Shown: one piece after another, positions 56,684 to 64,000 of the stretch
Position numbering within the stretch: position 1 is the first letter of the stretch
Layout: each line of letters begins with the position of its first letter
Assembly: GCA_047495785.1 (NCBI GenBank)
Contig: JBLDXI010000031.1
Coordinates: forward strand, 496,001-560,000
Source of the DNA: Lepidodermella squamata
Taxonomy: Eukaryota > Animalia > Gastrotricha
Reading direction: 5' to 3'
Length of the DNA stretch: 64,000 bases
Program-made: the position numbers and the translations under genes
Notes under the pieces: model-generated
Database searches by the model: none
Told to the model about the DNA's origin: nothing
The model's input: only the letters and a program-made list of their open reading frames with translations

Positions 56684-57210
56684 TGCGAGATGTGTTCCAA
56701 TACAAGTCGGATCTTCAAGGACCTAATGAAATGAATAAAAGCAAATCCTTATGAAAGAGCTTGTGTTTTTTGTAGTCTTTCGAGTGATTCTATGACTATA
56801 GCATTGTTTTATTCCCTCTTAGCAGTTCATACAAAGAGGCAGCCCGAGGGCATCCACAATTTTATTTAGCAGATGACCACTGCCTAATTGAATTGCATTC
56901 ATTGTATCAATTATATTTTGAGAATATTTCAAGATTTTAACTCTTTCATTCTTTCCTCTAGGTTTTCGTCAAGTTTGATTTGTAGGATAGCAAGTTGATT
57001 GGGCTTATCATGTTTATGAAGTCACGAGGAACACTACGGATATTCTCTTGATATGAAGTTATCTGAATAATTCTTAGCCGACTTAAATAACCTCGACGAC
57101 TTTATCTAGAGTCGGTTTCCCACGCAACCGGGAGTTGTTCAGAGATAACCTGTCTCCATTTTGCTCATATCCACAGACTAAAAATATACGCATTCCACTA
57201 ACCTTGAAAA

Positions 57211-60058
57211 ATGTCAGCGTTAAAGTTTCGCTCGCGGGCTGAATTCAGCATTCATCGCATTGTATTCGGAGGCGCCTTCAGCACTGTTGCTCTAGCGGCT
57301 TACAAATCCGAGTCGAATGATTACATCCTAAAAGAGCTGAATTACACGAAAATTCGCCGCAGTTTGTCAAGCTTCAATGCCTCGATTGCGGACAAAGTTA
57401 TCGAGCTAAATCGCCTTGAAGTGAGCAATAACTTTGAACATTTCTGATTTTTCAAACAATTCCTTTTGCAGCATCTGAAAATGCAGACTTTCGACCATCC
57501 TTACATTGTCAAAGTTTTTGGATCGTTTGAAGGTTAATCCGCCCTTTTATTTTGACACTTTTCGACTTATTTGTCTTTTTGCCAGAAATTTATGTTGGCG
57601 ATGATCCAACTAACGATGCCTGCGAGATGTACTACCTTGTCATGGAGTACTGCTCAGGCGGCAATTTGTTTCGTTACCTTGCCGACGCTTCTGAATTAGT
57701 CCCAGAGCCGCTTTTCCACAAATGGGCCCGCCAGCTAGTATCTGCTGTCAAATATCTCCACGACAGGGACTATTTGCACCGAAACATCACCCCAAGCAAC
57801 ATTTTCTTCACCGGCGACCAGCGCCATCTCAAACTTGGCGATATCGGCCTCGCCAGAGATATTGAGGGGTATCCTACTTAAGTCCAATTTGATCACTTCC
57901 AGTCTTTTGTTTTTCTTTAGAATTCCCACCCAGTCAATGGTTTTTATGGAGACTTTCCCATACATGGCACCCGAAGTCTTGGACGGTAAGCCTTACACAA
58001 AAGCAAGCGATATTTGGTCATTAGGAGTCGTCCTATACGAGATTGCCCATTTCATTCGGCCGGTTAGTGAATTCATTATGTAAAACCGTGTTAGCTACAT
58101 TCATTCGCTACTAATTAGTTCATCGGTAGAGGACTGAACCTGATGAAAATCATTCAAGCGTAAGTTCTCGCAATGAACTTTTTACACTGTTGCATGACTA
58201 CTGGCATGTTAGGACTGATCCAGCGCCGTTTGCTGAGAATCGTGGCTACTCGACTGATTGTCAACTGTTTGTTATGAGTGCTCTTCGAACAGACCCTGAA
58301 AGGCGACCATCTGCGACTCAGCTAAACGCAGACCACTACATAGAGATGGACATTGATGATCCAAAGGTTAAATTTACTCACAATGAATTCCGAGCAATTT
58401 CATTTTTTATTAATTATGAATGAATTACGATAAATCCCAACCTATTTGAGAAATCGAAAAACGTTGTTTCGACCAGGAAACCAAATCAATACGAACGAAT
58501 AGTTACCAGGAATTTTTATTTCAGAACTAGTTATTTTTAGTACAGAAAGGAAATGCGCGCCACTGAAATCGATGCTTCACTGATTTAACTGATTAACAAC
58601 CCTGATAAAAACCAACTTTGAACTAGAATATATTTTCCTTTAATGCTATTATTTTTTATTTTCGCAGAGTCCTGTCAAAGGAAACGTGAGTTGTTGAGCG
58701 ATACTTGTCGGGGAAACTAGAACAAAATGTTTTTCCCACAGGTGCTTTGGACCGCTATAAAGCGAGGTGATTTGGACACAGTCAAACAACTCATTGCCGA
58801 GCCAGGGTTCAAAATCGACCAACGCGAGTTGAGAGCGCCCTATGACACCCCTCTAATCATGGCGATCACCTACAACCAAGAGCCTATCGCACATTTGATC
58901 CTCGACGCAAAGGCCAACGTCCATCTCGCCGACGAAAAGGGTGTTACGGCTCTGTTTGTCGCAGCTCAGAAAGGGCTGGGCCGGATAGTGAGCCGTCTCG
59001 CCGGCCAGTCGAAAGCTAATGTTGACGAGCCGAATCGAGACGGCGTTACTCCGCTAATGATGGCGGTTCAAAATGGCCACGACGATATTGTTAAGATGCT
59101 AGTCAACGAATTCAAGGCCAACGTTGATTTTTCAGCGAAAAATGGCTCGACAGCTCTGCATATCGCTGCGAAGTTAGGTTATAACGATATCATTCGCCTG
59201 TTAGCAGGGGAATACTGTGCTAAGGTCGATGCGAAAATGTTGGACGGAGCTACGCCACTCCACATAGCCTGCGAGGAAGGTCTTACAGAGGTTGCTGAGA
59301 TTTTGATCGGCGAATTCGGGGCCGATGTTTCAACCCCACTCCCTGACGGTTCCACCCCGTTGTACCTCGCAGCTGAACGAGGCCATTACGACTTGTGCCG
59401 GGTTTTGATTAAACGATTCAAAGCCAATGTCGAGGCTGAGACGCAGAATTGGGCAACTCCTTTGTTCATCGCAGCTCAGGAGGGGCATCACGAGGTTGTG
59501 AACCTGCTGGCCAGTGAGTTCAAAGCTAGGTACAATTTTACGATAAAAACAGGCGGCACCCCGCTATCGGTCGCTGCGTTAGATGGCCATTTACGCGTTG
59601 TCGAGCTTTTGGTCGAACGTTTCGACGTGGATGTCAACGAGCCGTTGGAGCATGGCTTCACTGTCCTTCATATTGCAGCGGCGGGAGGTCAGGTCGAAAT
59701 CGTTGAGCGATTGGTAACAAAGTACAAAGCAAAGGTCAATGCTCAGAACAAACAAGGCGTCACTCCGCTTCACTTCGCGGCGGAAAATGGTCATATTGAA
59801 GTTTTGAAGCTGCTAGCTGGGAAATTGAAGGCTGATGTGAATGCCAAGGACAAGAATAAGATAACTCCAGTCATGTTAGCTGCTTACTACGGCAAGCACG
59901 TTGTGGTCAATTTGCTGGTGAATACCTTCAGAGCGAAGATCAACTGGAAGGCGCAAGTTACTCCGTTGTCTCTGGCTCATAATTGTCATGAAAATGTTAC
60001 GAACAGCGAGAGATTCAAAACAGTCGAAATTCTTGAGAAGGCGAAAGTTGCGGCCTGA
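57211..60058 (+). CDS. Kinase-like domain plus about 12 ankyrin repeats, probable pseudokinase (exons 57211-57420, 57472-57532, 57586-57868, 57921-58062, 58119-58159, 58213-58366, 58668-58685, 58742-60058)
   Basis: [69 protein letters not shown], followed by G.TPLh.AA..Gh.evv.lL repeats. All introns are phase-consistent. Confidence 0.9.
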
Positions 60059-60193
60059 TGAATCAACTTGGGAGACAGGACGTTATAACTATACGAGATT
60101 ACTTGATTCTTCTTCATGCTATGTAATAAAAAAAAAATTTTCATGGATGATAATGTTTTATTGGACGTGATATTTCACACCTGGCGCAAAGGT
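60010..60193 (+). repeat. Segment duplicated at 62272-62294 and 63859-64000 (start of a tandem duplicate)
   Basis: AGATTCAAAACAGTCGAAATTCT recurs at ~62272, and GTTGCGGCC...CACACCTGGCGCAAAGGT recurs at 63865-64000. Confidence 0.88.
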
Positions 60194-60233
60194 TGTAGTC
60201 TTTTGTTGCATTATGAGAAATTTCACTTTGACA

Positions 60234-60981
60234 ATGGCTCGGATAGTTTTTTACCTATTTCTTGCTATTGCTGGTTATGCAAATGCTCTGCGTTGCCACA
60301 ACACAACTACAAGGTCTAACGCTTCTGAGCTTATAATGCAGCTAATGCGAGGATCTACACCTGTTGAACCTGGTAGCGAAGATTTTGGCGGAGGCCTTCC
60401 GCCCGCTGACAGCCCGTTAGTCGGACCGTGCCGAAGTTGCATGGTAAAATTCTGACTATTCCCAATTTTTCAAGAATTCTATCGAATTTCAGCGAAACCA
60501 TGTTCGTAAATACTTCTATATGTCGCCCAGCGTGCCAGCATTAAGTGGTTGGCTTACGTACTGGTCCTGCGAACAAGAACATGGCCGAACAAACGCCTTC
60601 GCCTTGCTATCCGAATCGGTCTTCGGCGCTATGGATGCGCAAATGAATGAGTATTCGAGGAGTTTCGATTCGCAATCAGGTAACTCAGACTCAACTACTA
60701 CCACAGCTCCTGCGAATGAAACCTGCAACGAAGTGTCAGTCACGACGAAGCGAAAAGTTAGCGATGTTCACCAATTGTGTCTCTGCTGCACTGATGGCTG
60801 TAGTGCGAAACCGTACTGTGGGCTGTCTTTCGGGTCCACTTCTTCTGCTTCTTCCAGCACGACTGCAACTGCTGAAACGAGCTCTTCGCCGCCTGCATCA
60901 GGGGTGAAAGGAAAATGCGCGCAAATGCGGAAAAATGTCGACGATGTTTGCACCTATGTTGAAAATTCCGCATCGGACTAA
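60234..60981 (+). CDS. Secreted Ly6/three-finger-like protein with expanded loops and Ser/Thr-rich tail (exons 60234-60443, 60493-60981)
   Basis: Signal ending ANA-LRC, then CRSC, WSC, TC, CLCCTDGCS (LU-type terminal motif variant). One 49-nt intron. Confidence 0.7.
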
Positions 60982-62292
60982 ATGAAATGAATTGTAAATT
61001 AGGTTGTTTCGTGAGGTTTTTTCAGTGTATTTCAGCTGATAGAATCAGGTCCAGCGTCTTTCAGCTTATTTCGTGCTGGTCTGTGTCTCACAAAAAGCTG
61101 GTACTGCAGAGCAAAACGCATCATAGGGATAAGAAACCCTTAAGGAACCGAAAAGCGGGAAGAGGCCGAGAAATTGACCTCAAACTGCGACGCACCAAAA
61201 TCAAAATAAAAGCTAAATGGGATTAGCTAAAATCGAGATGAATGGCAGATGGCTTGCCTAACCATAGAAAATGATGAATTTTGTAATAAAGGCAGGCTGT
61301 TCGCGACTGATCTCTCAAACTCGAGCTGATCGCCCATCGCCGTCCCCAAATTCCGCATGGGTATTTTGATTTTTTTTCAACTTTTTGTCGTGCATTATTT
61401 CAACCGGGGGAAGAAAAATTAACAATTTCATTTGTGATAATTTTTATGTTTTATGTGGCATTTTTTATATTTATACTTACCAGACATGTAGAAATTAAGC
61501 TAAGCCTTGGATTTGTTGGCGAGAAAATCCATTTTAATGGCGAAAGTACAGTATAAAACCTACGACCGTGAACCTCACATATCGTGAACCACTGCCTATA
61601 GTGAACACAATTTTCGGAACGGGAACGCAGCTCGCTAGTGTTTCAGTATAACTCTTCATTTGACGGTAATTATTATACCGCAGCAAGAAAACAAGGTTAC
61701 CCTAATCCTAATGCTTGTTCGGTAAAACTAACGCCGCCGCGTTTTTAAATTTTTACCGCACGCGGCGTTACACTTACCGTAGCAGCGGGTGTGCATGAAA
61801 CGTTTTTCCGTTTGTCTTTAACGCGAGAATTGTATGTCTATTCGATAGAGAAGTTTTTGATTGATCTTTCGGTATAATAACCACCTTGCCCTTTGACTTT
61901 GCTGCACGCGGTCTTGAAATTTCTAAATTGTTTGACTTGGCGTTTTGCCAACTTTTACCCTCCAATTGCGCAACCGACGCTTGGGGGCCAGACGAAACAA
62001 ATATGGACCCGGAATTGAGTGGCTGAGTCTACGTTGAGTAAATAAAAAATCGATCAATTGCGTATGCCCATTTAATTATTCTTAGACAGCCTGATTTCGA
62101 TCGACAACCCCGAGAGAGAAGCGGAAGAATGCAACCTCACCTCTCATGAACTTTACACCGATTATCAGTTCGCTTTTTCCTGTCTTTAATTGCGGATGTT
62201 AAAGGTGAAATAAAACTGGGTCTTTCCTGTTATTAAATCGTCTAATCGATGTTCATACATTGGGGATTCGAAGATTCAAAACAGTCGAAATT

Positions 62293-63858
62293 CTGATACT
62301 GATACTGATACTGTTTTATTTTGCAATTTGTCTTTCGACATTTAGCAATTAGGAATTAACAAAACGTTAAGTTATGGCGCCTCACCACAGAAATTGTGAA
62401 TTTTTCCAAGTCAGTGCATTTAAGATATTTCAAGAATGAAGAATACGAATTATTAACGACGGAAGATGGTAGCCGGTTCCAAGCTGGACGCACTCGCCTC
62501 ACAAATGAAAACTGAGAGCTGGCATGACTGTAGCTTTCCATCGTAACAGAATGATGCGGTAAGCGTGGATTAGTGGAAATATTAAAGAAGTCAGAGAAAT
62601 TTAAGTCCACAGCACGCTGGTACATTTTATGACATAACGCAAGATCGTGTTGGTAGCGTCTTAATTCGAGTGAACACAACCCAAGCTTTTTTAGTCGTTC
62701 TTCATAGGAGGAGCCTTCGATCGATGAGTAGTAGATACTACGATATAGCAAACGTTTTGTGAAGCGGATTTGAATCGATTCGACCTTTTCAATATCTGTT
62801 ATTAGGTAAGGTGAGTAAACAGACGGGCAAAAGTCAAGACGAGATAAAGTATACGTTTTATAGGCTTTGAGACGTAAGGATTTAGAGGCGAACGATTTAC
62901 AAATAACACCGTTAATTCTGTGACATTTAGTTGCCAATGCGTTACAGTGCTCAGAGAAGGTGAGATTTTTATCAATAATTATTCCGAGGTCTTTCACTGA
63001 GTCCACAACATCAAGCTCGACATCTTTAATTTTGAATTTGAACATAAATTTGTTTTGCCCGAGTATAAGCACGACGCATTTTTTCGAATTCACAGACAGG
63101 CCGTTAGCGTCAAACCAGTTGATGATTTCATCCAAGTCTTTCTGCAGTTCGATGCAATCGCTTAAAGAACGGATCGCCCGGTATAGCTTCGTATCGTCGG
63201 CGAAGAATTTTGCAATCGATCTCTCGACCAACACATTTACTTCTGTCGTGAAAATCAAGAACAGCAGCGGCCCTAGAACAGAGCCCTGAGGTACTCCAGA
63301 AGTGACCGCCGACCATGATGACACACTGTTATTCACTGCTACCCTGAAAAATCGGTCGCTCAAGAAAGCCTTTATCCAGGCGTGCAGGTTTCCACAAATA
63401 TTGATATCTGAGAGCTTGGATAGTAACAAAGAGATCGGCACAACATCGAAGGCTTTTGACAGGTCAAGGTATATAACAATTATATCAATGAGTTGATCTA
63501 ATAGTTTCAGCCAATCAGTAATACATGACAACAACTGCGTCTCACAATTTCTTCGAGATAGAAACCCAAATTGATTTTCAGAGATCAGGTTGTTTCTATA
63601 TAGGTACAGTAGCACATGATTCTTCACAATGGTTTCTTGGATTTTGCAAATTATGCATGTGAGACTCACAGGCCGATAATTGCCAACATTGGAGGCATCA
63701 CCGTTACGTTTGAAGATAGGTGCGACATTCGCATATTTCCACACCACGGGAATCTCACCTTGCGCAAAAGAAATGTTGAAAATCATTGCTAGCGGTGTAC
63801 ACAGTGAGCGGGAGAGCTTTTTAATGAGCACAGCTGGAATCGCAATCTGGTGGGCGAA
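62293..63858 (-). mobile_element. 5'-truncated CR1/L2-group non-LTR retrotransposon (RT ORF 63831-62356)
   Basis: NYRPVSLT, QFGF, YLDLSKAFD, SGVPQGSVLGPLLF, FADDTK, KDLGI. The 3' end is AATAAAA followed by (CAGTAT)3. No endonuclease domain or ORF1. Confidence 0.93.
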
Positions 63859-64000
63859 GCGAACGTTGCGGCCTGGTGAATCAACTTAAGAGACAGGACG
63901 TTATAACTATACGAGAATCTTCTTCATGCTATGTTATAAAAAAAATTTCATGGATGATAATGTTTTATTGGACGTGATATTTCACACCTGGCGCAAAGGT

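Noticed and set aside
1-64000. Prokaryotic interpretation (operons, CRISPR, defence systems, GTG/TTG starts)
   Set aside because: Spliceosomal introns, poly(A) signals and animal gene families are present throughout, and no repeat-spacer array was seen.

Overview
This is eukaryotic (animal) DNA from a compact invertebrate genome with very short GT-AG introns (mostly 42-72 nt), so the bacterial-style ORF track splits or misses many genes. I rebuilt the exon structures by hand. The window is a lineage-specific receptor and secretome neighbourhood. Receptors: (i) one nAChR-like Cys-loop subunit built partly from 6-, 12- and 21-nt microexons, with a PGR (anion-type) motif before M2; (ii) two intact and two decayed 'minimal' Cys-loop subunits, the intact ones with 14-residue Cys-loops and almost no intracellular domain; (iii) four intact intronless GABA-B-like class C GPCRs with no C-terminal tail plus one pseudogene, three of the intact genes sharing a 17-bp upstream motif, arranged by a tandem duplication. 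Other genes: three Ly6/three-finger genes, two PAN/apple genes, a somatomedin-B GPI protein, an F-box gene, an HRN pseudokinase-ankyrin gene, a signal-peptide ankyrin pseudogene, and five adjacent small secreted charged or peptide-precursor-like genes including a Kunitz protein. Repeats: MITEs and foldbacks, a CR1-like LINE inserted into a recent duplication, and a dispersed ~125-140-nt stem-closed element with conserved internal boxes found just 3' of several genes. All family calls come from motif recognition by eye; no searches were run, and identity figures are rough visual estimates.
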